Source: Mycobacterium tuberculosis H37Rv (GTDB lineage: Bacteria; Actinomycetota; Actinomycetes; Mycobacteriales; Mycobacteriaceae). Taken from it: 32,000 nt of DNA. Positions 21,885-31,347 of this stretch are shown here, piece after piece. The stretch's first letter is position 1. Every line of letters begins with the position of its first letter. The position numbers and the translations under genes are program-made. The stretch spans positions 1,500,001 through 1,532,000 of the forward strand of contig NC_000962.3 in the NCBI RefSeq assembly GCF_000195955.2. The letters run 5' to 3'. A model generated the notes under the pieces. That model did not search any database, was not told where the DNA came from, and was given only the letters and a program-made list of their open reading frames with translations.

Positions 21885-24032
21885 CTATCTGTGCGGCTCT
21901 GGTATGGCGTGCCGTACGCGTCGGCGGCTACACACCGACGGCGGTGGCGCGTGGAACAACCTGAAGATCAACACCTCGTGCCCTTCTTTGCCCGGCTTGA
22001 CCAGTTCCCGAAAGTCGAGTTGCAGGCGGTGCAGCTGTGCGGCGAAATGGGGTGACGCTTGGTCGAGGTCGTGGCGGCCACGTGCATACAGGAAGATCGG
22101 TGACATCGGTTGTACGGCCAGTCCATGTTGTTGGGCCACAATCCACACCGCCTGCATGGCTGATCCGCCACGCGCAAAATCGGTGAGCGTGGCGCCATCA
22201 ACGTAGACGATTGCGAGCGCTGAACTCGCCGACACGCGCTCATTGGTGTTGTCTTCGAGGGCTGTTCCGCAATCCCATTGCGCTAGCCGTGCCACGACGT
22301 CGGAGCGTCGCAGGATATCGAGAACCCGCAATTCGCCGGAATCCAGTTCGAGGCTTCGGACATCGATGCCCGCATCGAGCGAAGGGTCGCCCGGCCACCG
22401 GAGCTCGGACATCATTTCCTCATGTAGCCTCGGGGTGAGATAGCGGATTCGGTCTGCAGCCGCTAAAATTGTTGCAGCCCGGTCGATCTCGTTTCGTGAC
22501 AGCAACAGCTGTAACCGCGCACCCTCAGCCGCGGCGGTGTTCGTTAACAACTCAACGGTCGCGGGGTGGACGTGACCGGGCATACCGTGGTGGCGATTGG
22601 TCGTTCTGAGCAGCATCGGCCGGTAAAGGGCCGCAAGGCTTGGATCATCACCACGGCCAAAATGCATTGTCGCTTGCAGCGGCGAGTCGGGCTGGGATTC
22701 GTCGAACTCTACTGATCCCAGGACCCGGTGTGCAGCGGCAGCGACACGCGCGTTAAACATGGCCGCGCCGACGGCCACTGCGCTACCACGAAACGCGATA
22801 TCCATTGCGCTGGTGTGCTCAGGTGCTAGTCGGATGGTCAGCGAATGCTGTTTGGCCACAACATGCCATGGCTGAACGTTGCCCCCTGAAGGCGCGCGAA
22901 TCGCCGCCTGAGCCACGATTTCGCTGGTTGGCTGCGGCTCGGCTGGCGCTGTTGGCGGCACGGACTCGAGCAACCATCCGTTCCCGCGAGACGGCATGGG
23001 CGGTTGATCGAGGCGATCTAGCGCTGCGGACACATCCACCCGTACCCGGCCAGACTCAAGTGGTTCTCCCAGACCGATTCTGCGTACCGCTTCAGCTACC
23101 GTCGCTGCGCCCACCCAGATATCGCCTGCCAACTGCGGCCATCCCCACAACGTCTGGTCAACTTCGATCATCGAAGCCGCACAACGCGCCGAGAGCTCTT
23201 GGCAATCAAGGATGTTGAGAACGTGGGGGACTTTGTCTTTTGTGGTCAGTCCACACAGCTTGTCGGCGTCGATGTCGCCCAATAGCCCATGAAAGATCGG
23301 TCGCCCAGGTTCGACGTCGTAGCGTTCGACATCGACCAGGCCGCGGTCACTGGTCGCCATCAGTACGGGGACACCACGGGCGCACGCGGCTTGTCGCAGT
23401 ATCACTTTGATATCCAGCGAGTCGCATTCTTCGATAACGACGTCAAGGCCGTCGAGGAACTCGTCGACGGATTCCGGCGAGAGCCCGGATGTAACGAGGT
23501 CCACGGCCAGGTAGGGATCCAGCTCCGCGATCCTGCGCGCCGCAATCATCGCCTTGTTGAGGCCAATGTCGAAGACGCCGACCGGCACGCGATTCAGGTT
23601 CGACAGCTCAATTTTGTCGAAATCGGCCAACCGCAGTGTGCCACAGGCACCTTCGGCGGCAAGGGTGTATGCGATCGCATGGCCGGCGCTGAGTCCGACG
23701 ACGCCGACCCGTAGCGCGTGCAGTGCGCGTTGTTCCTCAGCGGTGATGAGGTGCCTGTTGCGGTCCAAGCGCACGGCACGGAACCCCCGGAGACCCAGAA
23801 TGGCAACAACCATGCGCCGCCAGGGATAATAGGCCCATCGCTTCGCTTCTTCTAGCAGATCTGGATCAGGCTGTGGCAGCAGGCGCCGCACGCCCGCTAG
23901 CTGTTCTGCGAATCGGTCGACGAACTCGATGCTCGGATCTGAGCGTAGTCGATCGAGCACCAGGACATCGTCGTGGTCATCGTCACGAAGGACGAGAATG
24001 CCGGTGCTGCCGCCCTCGTGTGGGATGGTCAC
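21885..24032 (-). CDS. moeY: E1/ThiF/MoeB-like adenylyltransferase domain fused to a nitroreductase-like FMN domain (715 aa), annotated MoeY
   Basis: [42 protein letters not shown] (E1 nucleotide-binding fold) followed by [16 protein letters not shown] (nitroreductase FMN-binding motif). Confidence 0.88.
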
Positions 24033-24784
24033 TGTTCGGCTCCAGCGGTCGCTGCGGTGGTTGCGCTCAACGCTTCTACATCGCGCAGAAGCTTGCGCGA
24101 CTCGACAAGCATTCTTGACAGTTGTTTTGGCTCGGCATGGTTAGCCAAGGTTCTGCGGTCCCACCAGATCATCTTGGTCCGGTAGCGCTCGTCCGGGTAT
24201 GCTGCCGCCGGGATTCTCGCTGCTATTACTCCCCCCGAAGAACGCCACCGGTCCAGCGCGTGGGCCGCCGCGGTCCCCATCACAAACTGAACCCCCAACA
24301 GGGACATGCTTAGCGGTAGGGCGCGCGCCAAGGCGGCAGCAATCGCATCACTGCGCTGCGCGTCACTATTAACCCACCCGGACTTCACTTCCACGACCCC
24401 GAATGGCGCCCGGTCATTGATCATCTTGCGCACCGCGGATAATCCGGGATTGCCAGCCCATTCGACTACCGCATGCGAGTCATCGGCTGACCGCAGCGGT
24501 CCGATTACCCGAGCGCCCCCGACTACATCTCCTCCAATATCAATGGCGGCAAAGAACAACTGTGTATCGGAACCGTCACTGATGGCGTCGAGATCTAAGG
24601 TACACTCGACTCCGTGCTTACTATAGGCGCGAAGCGCACCCTGAAGGTATGTATTCCACAACGTGGGATCGAGCGCGGGTTGCGATACCACAAGCCGGCA
24701 TTGCGCATCAGAAACCCACACACTGAGATTTTCCGAAAAATGCAACTTCTGCGGTGCGATAGGACGAAGTTGAGCGGTGGTCAT
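24029..24784 (-). CDS. Conserved protein of probable GNAT/N-acyl amino acid synthase-like fold (251 aa from ATG 24784; longer ORF starts 24820)
   Basis: Minus ORF; [19 protein letters not shown] and [11 protein letters not shown] segments suggest an acyltransferase-like core; overlaps the start of the E1-nitroreductase gene by 4 nt. Confidence 0.75.
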
Positions 24785-25292
24785 GATTCTCCAATCTGTT
24801 AGGTATCCGGCAATTAACACGAGATTTGCTGCCCCTGTATCGAGCAGCGCAGACGTTGGGGCTGCGCCCGGAGAATTGCTGCCGTTGCGCAGAACGGCGC
24901 CGCACGGCAGGGTTCAACGCCCGGCCGCGCTGGTATTTATCGAGTCGCTGCGAGAGCCGTGAACAAATTGTCACGAAATCGTGCGCACGCGCGTTCACAA
25001 ATACCACGCGCACGCGCTCGAAAACTACATGACCAGATAGCCAGATTTTTCCGGACCGGCAAAGCGTTGTTCAGTGTTGGTCACGGCTCTTGATCGTATT
25101 TACCCCGGGTGGCGTAGACCCTATCGATGGTGGACCCCGTTCATCGGGGTAATCGAATGGATCATGCAAAATATTACTTTGACGAGTATTCATTCCGATT
25201 CAACCGGTCCCACCCACCTCTCATGCGTGCGGGGCATACTGTTCTACGGCTTGGTGAAACACGCCGTTGCCATCGATCTACACCCACGCGAC

Positions 25293-26216
25293 CTACTCTC
25301 TGAAAAAGTCGACCGGCAGTGCCTTGGCAAAGTGCCAGCCTTGTGCGGCTTTACAGCCGAAGGCGCGCAACCGGGCGGCTTGGCTGGGGGTTTCGACTAG
25401 CTTTGCAGTGACGGTGATACCGAGCTTGTCGCCAAGGTCGATCATTGCCCGGGTGATCTGTTCGTTGGCCAGCCGAGCTTGAATGTCGCCATCGAGGCAC
25501 TCGATGAACTTTCCCCCGAGTTTGACCACGTCGACGGGGAGGCGGGGAAGGTAGGCGAGGCTGGAGAATCCAATGCCGAAGTCGTCGATGGCGATGCCGA
25601 CGCCGAGAGCGGACAATTCTTGTAGCCTGGTCACCGCCTTCTCGTCTCTGCTAAGGCGCGCGTCCTCGGCCAGTTCGAGCTGCAGGGCATGGGCGGGCAG
25701 GCCGGTTTCGCCGAGCACACCTTCGACCAGCACCAGGAAGCCGGGATCGCAGATGGTGCTGGCGGAGACGTTGACGCTGACAAACGGTTGCGGGTCGGTG
25801 CTGTGGTCACGCCAACTGCGGACGTGGCGGCAGGCCTGCTCGAGCACGAAGGCCGTGAGCGGCACCATCAGTCCGTTGTTCTCGGCACGGTCGATGAACC
25901 GGCCCGGGAGTAGCGTGCCCAACGTCGGGTGTTCCCAGCGCAGCAGGGCCTCGGCGCCGATGATGCGGTTGTCGGCAAGCCGGATGATTGGCTGGTAGAC
26001 GAGGAAGAATTCACCGCGATCCAGTGCCACGCGCATCGAAGTGGACAGATAATGGCGAGTGTTGACCTGGTCGCGGTCGGAGTCCGCCCATTGGTCAGGA
26101 TTGGCTACCATCGCTCGCGCTTGCATCGCGCCCCTAAACATCTCTTCGTAGTCGATCAACTTGGTCGGCCTGAGCGCGCAAGCGAACGCTGTAGCGCGCT
26201 GACAACAACGATCCAT
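25293..26216 (-). CDS. Stand-alone EAL-domain protein (307 aa), catalytic motifs partly degenerate
   Basis: GAEALLRWEHP, LQLELAED, IDDFGIGFSSLAYLPRLPVDVVKLGGKFI, VTAKLVETPSQ, GCKAAQGWHFAKALP. Confidence 0.93.
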   Translation of the reverse strand: MDRCCQRATAFACALRPTKLIDYEEMFRGAMQARAMVANPDQWADSDRDQVNTRHYLSTSMRVALDRGEFFLVYQPIIRLADNRIIGAEALLRWEHPTLGTLLPGRFIDRAENNGLMVPLTAFVLEQACRHVRSWRDHSTDPQPFVSVNVSASTICDPGFLVLVEGVLGETGLPAHALQLELAEDARLSRDEKAVTRLQELSALGVGIAIDDFGIGFSSLAYLPRLPVDVVKLGGKFIECLDGDIQARLANEQITRAMIDLGDKLGITVTAKLVETPSQAARLRAFGCKAAQGWHFAKALPVDFFRE

Positions 26217-26611
26217 CCAAGGGCTGCATCAGGATTCACAGCCCGGTGGGCACCTCGCCGACCGCGGTGGCAACGCGAAGCACACCACCGAAGTCGTCTT
26301 GACCCGAACCGTCGCAGTAGATTCTGGAGTCCTGGGAGGCAAAGATCGTCAGCGATAATGCGTAAAAGTCCGTCACGTACTACGTAGAAGGTCCGTGAGT
26401 GCAGCCGTTCCGGGCATGCACGAACCGGCGCTTACACGTCGAAGGCGGCTGCGCGGCAATCAGTCTCGGTGGGTAACCCATTGTCGGCGGGCGATCGGTT
26501 ACCTCTCGAATCGACGGCCGCCCGCATCTGAGTTAGCCAGGCCAGCGGTTTCCTACGGGCGCTGGGTGCAAAGATACGACTTCCGGGTGCAATAGTTACG
26601 CGCTATCGCTG

Positions 26612-29600
26612 ATGTTCTTGTCCGCACCGGCCTTCAGAGTTGAGCCAACGCGTAGTCGCCACTCGGCACTACGGTGGGCGCGTCATCGACGCTTCGCTGA
26701 CGGCCCGAGGTGGCAGATGTTGCGCTCGCTGCAGATCGCCGATCAAATCGCTCGTACGGGTCACATGCCAGTGAGGCGTCTTGATCTGATCTGGATCAGC
26801 GCACGAAACGCCGCGAGACGGGAGCTTGATCTGGGCGTGGCTGCGCTGGTGGAGGCTGTGACGTTGCTCACTGCTGACGTCGAGGGCTCGACACGGCTGT
26901 CGCAGACGCGACTCAACGAGCTAGCGGCCGATTACCCAACCTTGGATCAGAACATATCGGAAGCTGTCGCGGCCCATGGCGGGGTGACGCGACCGGTAGA
27001 CCAGGAGGTGGGTAGCGGTCTCGTCGTCGCGTTCCTGCGTGCTGGCGACGCGATCGCGTGCGCTTTGGAACTGCAGCTCTCAACGTTGGCGCCTATGCGG
27101 CCGCGTGTCGGTGTGCACACCGGCGATGTCCGGCTGCGCGGCGACGGCACCATCACCGGCTCCGCGATCAACGAGAGTGCGTGTCTGCGCGACCTCGCAC
27201 ACGAAGGCCAGACTTTGCTTTCAGCCGCCACTGGCGATCTGGTCATCGACCAGCTTCCGGCAAATACCTGGCTGACCGACGTCGGCAAGTACCCCCTGCG
27301 GGGTTTGCATCGCCAAGAACGGGTTATCCAGTTGTGTCATCGAGACCTACGCAATGAGTTTCCGCCGCTGCGGATGTCGGTCGGTAACAGATCCAGCCTT
27401 CCGGCCCAGTTCACCACTTTTGTAGGCCGTGACGCACAGATCAACGAGGTGCAAGAGGTCCTGACGAACTACCGGCTGGTGACGCTGCGCGGCGAGGGCG
27501 GTGTAGGTAAGACGCGTCTGGCGATCCAGATCGCGGCCGCGTCGGAATTTCGCGATGGTCTGTGTTTCGTCGACTTGGCACCGATTGCCGATCCCGGCAT
27601 GGTGTCCACCACCGCGGCCCATGCTCTAGGTCTGATCGATCGGCCGGGCAGCTCAACATTCGACACTCTTAGTCATGCCATCGGCAACTGCCACATGCTA
27701 ATGGTGTTGGACAACTGTGAGCACGTGTTGGATGCGTGCGCCGAGCTGGTCGTTGAGCTGCTGGGTGCCTGCCCGGAGTTAAGCATTTTGGCGACCAGCC
27801 GCGAGTCGATCGGCGTGACCGGCGAGGTCACATGGGTGGTGCCGTCGTTGTCTCCGGCGAACGAAGCAATCCAGTTGTTCACTGAACGTGCGCGCCTAGT
27901 CCAACCCAATTTTGAGATCGTTGCTGACAACTTCGACGCCGTGAGCGAGATCTGCCGGCGGCTAGACGGTATGCCCCTGGCAATCGAGTTGGCCGCGGCA
28001 CGATTGCGGTCGTTGTCGCCAAACGAGATCGCCAACAGTTTGGATGACCGATTCCGCCTGCTGACCGGTGGTGCTCGCAGTACGGTGCAGCGCCAGCAGA
28101 CATTACGGGCATCTATGGATTGGTCGTACGCACTGCTGACTGACACCGAACGGATCCTGTTCCGCCGCCTTGCGGTGTTTGTGGGCGGTTTCGACCTCAC
28201 CGCGGCGAGCGAAGTCGCCGCCGCCGGCGGCGACGACTTCGTCGAGCGGTATTCAGTGCTTGATCAACTGACGCTGCTTGTCGACAAGTCGCTGGTGGTA
28301 GCCGAAGAAAGCCGAGGCAGTACGCGCTATCGGCTGTTGGAAACCGTACGCCAGTATGCGCTAGAAAAACTGAACGAATCCGAAGAAATCGACGGGGTGC
28401 GCGCTAGGCACCGGACCCACTACGCAACCATGGCGGCAGGGCTGAACGTTCCCGCCTCCACCGACTATGAACAACGCCTCCTGCAGGCTGAAGCCGAAAT
28501 CGATAATTTGCGTGCCGCATTCACCTGGAGCCGTGGAAACGGCGATATTGCAGCCGCATTGCAGCTCGCATCCGCATTGCAACCGCTGTGGTCGCAGGGG
28601 CGCATGCGCGAAGGGCTGGCCTGGCTCGAATCCATCCTCGAGCGGGAAGGCGACAATCATCTTGTGCCGGCGGGGGTTTGGGCGCGGGCGCTTGCGGAGA
28701 AGGTAATACTCAAGGCTTGGCCGGCCACGAGCCCGATGGGCGCCCCCGACATCGTCGCGCAGGCTCACCATGCCTTGGCGCTGGCACGCGACGCAGGCGA
28801 CTGCGCAGTGTTGGCTCGAGCGCTCGTCGCATGTGGCTGCGGCAGTGGTTGCGACACGGAAGCCGCTCAACCCTACTTCGCCGAGGCGATCGAGCTGGCG
28901 CGCGCCATTAACGATGAGTGGACATTGAGCCAAATCGATTATTGGCAGGTGGTCGGGATCTTCATATCGGGTCAGCCAATTCCTTTGCGAGCTGCGGCCG
29001 AACAAGCTCGAGAGCTCGCCGACAGCATCGGAAACCGGTTCGTCTCACGTCAATGCCGCCTGTTTGCCTGCCTGGCGCAGATATGGGAAGGCGACGCGAA
29101 CGGAGCATTGGCACTATCTCGCGACGTTACCGCCGAGGCCGAGGTGGCAAACGATGTCGTTACTAAGGTACTCGGTTTGTATGTCGAAGCCATGGCACTG
29201 TCTTACATCGGCGACAGCGCCGCCCGGACCATCGCTGGTGCGGCTCTCGAAGCTGCCACCGAGTTAGGCGGGATTTACCAAGATCTGGGTTACGGAGCGA
29301 TAACTCGCGCGGCGTTGGCCGCGGGCGACGTAGCGGCCATTGAGGCTAGCGAAGCGAGCTGGGATCTTCGCAATCAACACAACGTGGTAACGGCACACCA
29401 CGAGCTGATGGCGCAGGCAGCCCTGGTTCGCGGCGATGTGACCACGGCAAGACGTTTCGCCGACGAAGCTGTGCTTGCGAGCACCGGATGGCATCTGATG
29501 ATGGCGCTGATAGCACGGGCGCGAGTGGCGATTGCGCAGGACGAGCTGGGAAAGGCACGCGATGACGCCCACGCCGCGGTGGCGTGCGGCGTCGGTGTGC

Positions 29601-30091
29601 AGACGTACCTCGCGATGCCGGATGCCCTAGAACTTCTCGCAGGTCTGGCCGGTGAGGCCGGTAACCACGGTCAAGCAGTGCGCCTTTTCGGCGCGGCCGC
29701 GGCCCAGCGGCAGCGTACGGGGGAGGTTCGCCACAAGATTTGGGACGCCGGCTATGAGGCCGCCACGGCGGCGCTTCGTGATGCGATGGGCGACGAAGAT
29801 TTCACTGCCGCCTGGGCTGAGGGTGCCGCGGCCCCCTTGGACGAGGCGATCGCCTACGCACAACGCGGTCGCGGCGAACGCAAACGCCCAAGCAACGGCT
29901 GGGACGCGCTGACCCCGGCCGAGCACAAAATCGTAAAGCTCGTCACCGAAGGACTGGTCACCAAGGACATCGCCGCGAGGCTTTTCGTCTCACCGCGTAC
30001 CGTGCAAACACACCTCACCCACATCTACACCAAGCTCGACGTCACCTCCCGTGTCCAACTTGTACAGGAGGCCGCGCAACACTCGACCTAG
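26612..30091 (+). CDS. Cyclase-like domain + NB-ARC/AAA ATPase + C-terminal LuxR HTH transcriptional regulator (1159 aa)
   Basis: TLLTADVEGSTRL cyclase-like start, Walker A LRGEGGVGKTRLA, LVVEL..LILATSRE-type NB-ARC region, C-terminal LTPAEHKIVKLVTEGLVTKDIAARLFVSPRTVQTHLTHIYTKLDV. Confidence 0.95.
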   Translation: MFLSAPAFRVEPTRSRHSALRWARHRRFADGPRWQMLRSLQIADQIARTGHMPVRRLDLIWISARNAARRELDLGVAALVEAVTLLTADVEGSTRLSQTRLNELAADYPTLDQNISEAVAAHGGVTRPVDQEVGSGLVVAFLRAGDAIACALELQLSTLAPMRPRVGVHTGDVRLRGDGTITGSAINESACLRDLAHEGQTLLSAATGDLVIDQLPANTWLTDVGKYPLRGLHRQERVIQLCHRDLRNEFPPLRMSVGNRSSLPAQFTTFVGRDAQINEVQEVLTNYRLVTLRGEGGVGKTRLAIQIAAASEFRDGLCFVDLAPIADPGMVSTTAAHALGLIDRPGSSTFDTLSHAIGNCHMLMVLDNCEHVLDACAELVVELLGACPELSILATSRESIGVTGEVTWVVPSLSPANEAIQLFTERARLVQPNFEIVADNFDAVSEICRRLDGMPLAIELAAARLRSLSPNEIANSLDDRFRLLTGGARSTVQRQQTLRASMDWSYALLTDTERILFRRLAVFVGGFDLTAASEVAAAGGDDFVERYSVLDQLTLLVDKSLVVAEESRGSTRYRLLETVRQYALEKLNESEEIDGVRARHRTHYATMAAGLNVPASTDYEQRLLQAEAEIDNLRAAFTWSRGNGDIAAALQLASALQPLWSQGRMREGLAWLESILEREGDNHLVPAGVWARALAEKVILKAWPATSPMGAPDIVAQAHHALALARDAGDCAVLARALVACGCGSGCDTEAAQPYFAEAIELARAINDEWTLSQIDYWQVVGIFISGQPIPLRAAAEQARELADSIGNRFVSRQCRLFACLAQIWEGDANGALALSRDVTAEAEVANDVVTKVLGLYVEAMALSYIGDSAARTIAGAALEAATELGGIYQDLGYGAITRAALAAGDVAAIEASEASWDLRNQHNVVTAHHELMAQAALVRGDVTTARRFADEAVLASTGWHLMMALIARARVAIAQDELGKARDDAHAAVACGVGVQTYLAMPDALELLAGLAGEAGNHGQAVRLFGAAAAQRQRTGEVRHKIWDAGYEAATAALRDAMGDEDFTAAWAEGAAAPLDEAIAYAQRGRGERKRPSNGWDALTPAEHKIVKLVTEGLVTKDIAARLFVSPRTVQTHLTHIYTKLDVTSRVQLVQEAAQHST

Positions 30092-30172
30092 GATTGCGCG
30101 GCCAGCGCAGGCCCGGAGTTCGAATCGGATGCAATACGCAACCAATCTGGGCTCTTCTGCGCGTTGTCGCTG

Positions 30173-30925
30173 ATGTTCATGGCTCTTCGCGCCCCCATGC
30201 TTGAGCGCATGAACGGTTTGCATACAGATGACGCGCCGGTCAATTGGCTCGAGCGGCGAGGTGGCCGGCTTACGTCGAGGCGGAGGGTGACGTTGCTCCA
30301 TGCTGGAGTGGAACACCCGATGCGGCTGTGGGGCGTCCAATCCGAGGCGATAACTGCCGCGATGGTGCTTAGCCGGAAGGTATCGGCCATCATTGCCGGA
30401 CACTGCGGTGTGCGCCTAGTTGATCAGGGCGTGGGCGATGGCTTCGTCGCCGCGTTCGCCCATGCCAGCGATGCCGTCGCATGTGCTCTGGAGTTGCACC
30501 AGGCTCCGTTGTCCCCGATCGTCCTGCGCATCGGGATTCACACCGGTGAGGCGCAGTTGGTCGACGAGCGCATCTACGCCGGCGCCACAATGAACCTGGC
30601 TGCAGAGCTACGGGATTTAGCCCATGGTGGGCAGACCGTGATGTCGGGTGCTACCGAGGATGCGGTACTCGGCCGGCTTCCCATGCGCGCTTGGCTAATT
30701 GGCTTGAGGCCCATGGAAGGGTCCCCGGAAGGGCATAACTTCCCCCAGTCACAACGCATAGCACAATTGTGCCATCCGAACCTTCGCAACACCTTTCCGC
30801 CGCTGCGCATGCGCATCGCCGATGCGAGCGGAATTCCTTATGTGGGGCGGATTCTGGTTAACGTTCAGGTAGTTCCCCACTGGGAAGGAGGGTGTGCCGC
30901 AGCGGGGATGGTCCTTGCTGGGTGA
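30173..30925 (+). CDS. Truncated paralog of the preceding gene's cyclase-like domain (250 aa), probably degenerate
   Basis: [86 protein letters not shown]; strongly similar to aa about 84-260 of the upstream protein. Confidence 0.88.
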
Positions 30926-30972
30926 AGCGCCATTGAGGGCCAGACGATAGGTTGGCCAGCGACGTCCTCAAC

Positions 30973-31128
30973 TCAGACTCTCGGCGCGACCTGACCGGCG
31001 GTTACGATCATCTGCTCGGACATTCGCAAGAGAGCGTGCTCGCCCACTCCCTGCGGCAAGGTGTAGGCCAGCTCGCGCAACTTAACCGCGCACTCGTAGA
31101 GCGTCTGGCGGAAATGCGTTTCGGTCAT
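30973..31128 (-). CDS. Candidate small ORF (51 aa) in the intergenic region before the luciferase-like gene
   Basis: MTETHFRQTLYECAVKLRELAYTLPQGVGEHALLRMSEQMIVTAGQVAPRV*, from ATG at 31128 with upstream GAAGG SD-like sequence; does not overlap another CDS. Confidence 0.4.
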   Translation of the reverse strand: MTETHFRQTLYECAVKLRELAYTLPQGVGEHALLRMSEQMIVTAGQVAPRV

Positions 31129-31347
31129 CGGGGTGCCTTCGCTCGTCGGCGAGATCGGCAGCGGTGTCTTGTGCTCATACAGATCAATCTCATTCATCAG
31201 AGCCATCATTCGCCGGCTAGCAGCTGCAAATCATCAGCACATCCACGTATGTCGTCGGCTGCCCAGCGCGCAATGTGTGGCACGGCGAGTTGATGTTCAA
31301 CCTCGGCGTGTCCTGCATACTGGATTTCTTACTGTAAAGTCACCCAA

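Noticed and set aside
25074-25400. Plus-strand 108-aa ORF MLVTALDRIYPGWRRPYRWW...
   Set aside because: Overlaps the 3' end of the EAL gene antisense, no recognisable domain and no good RBS evidence; too weak to call a gene.
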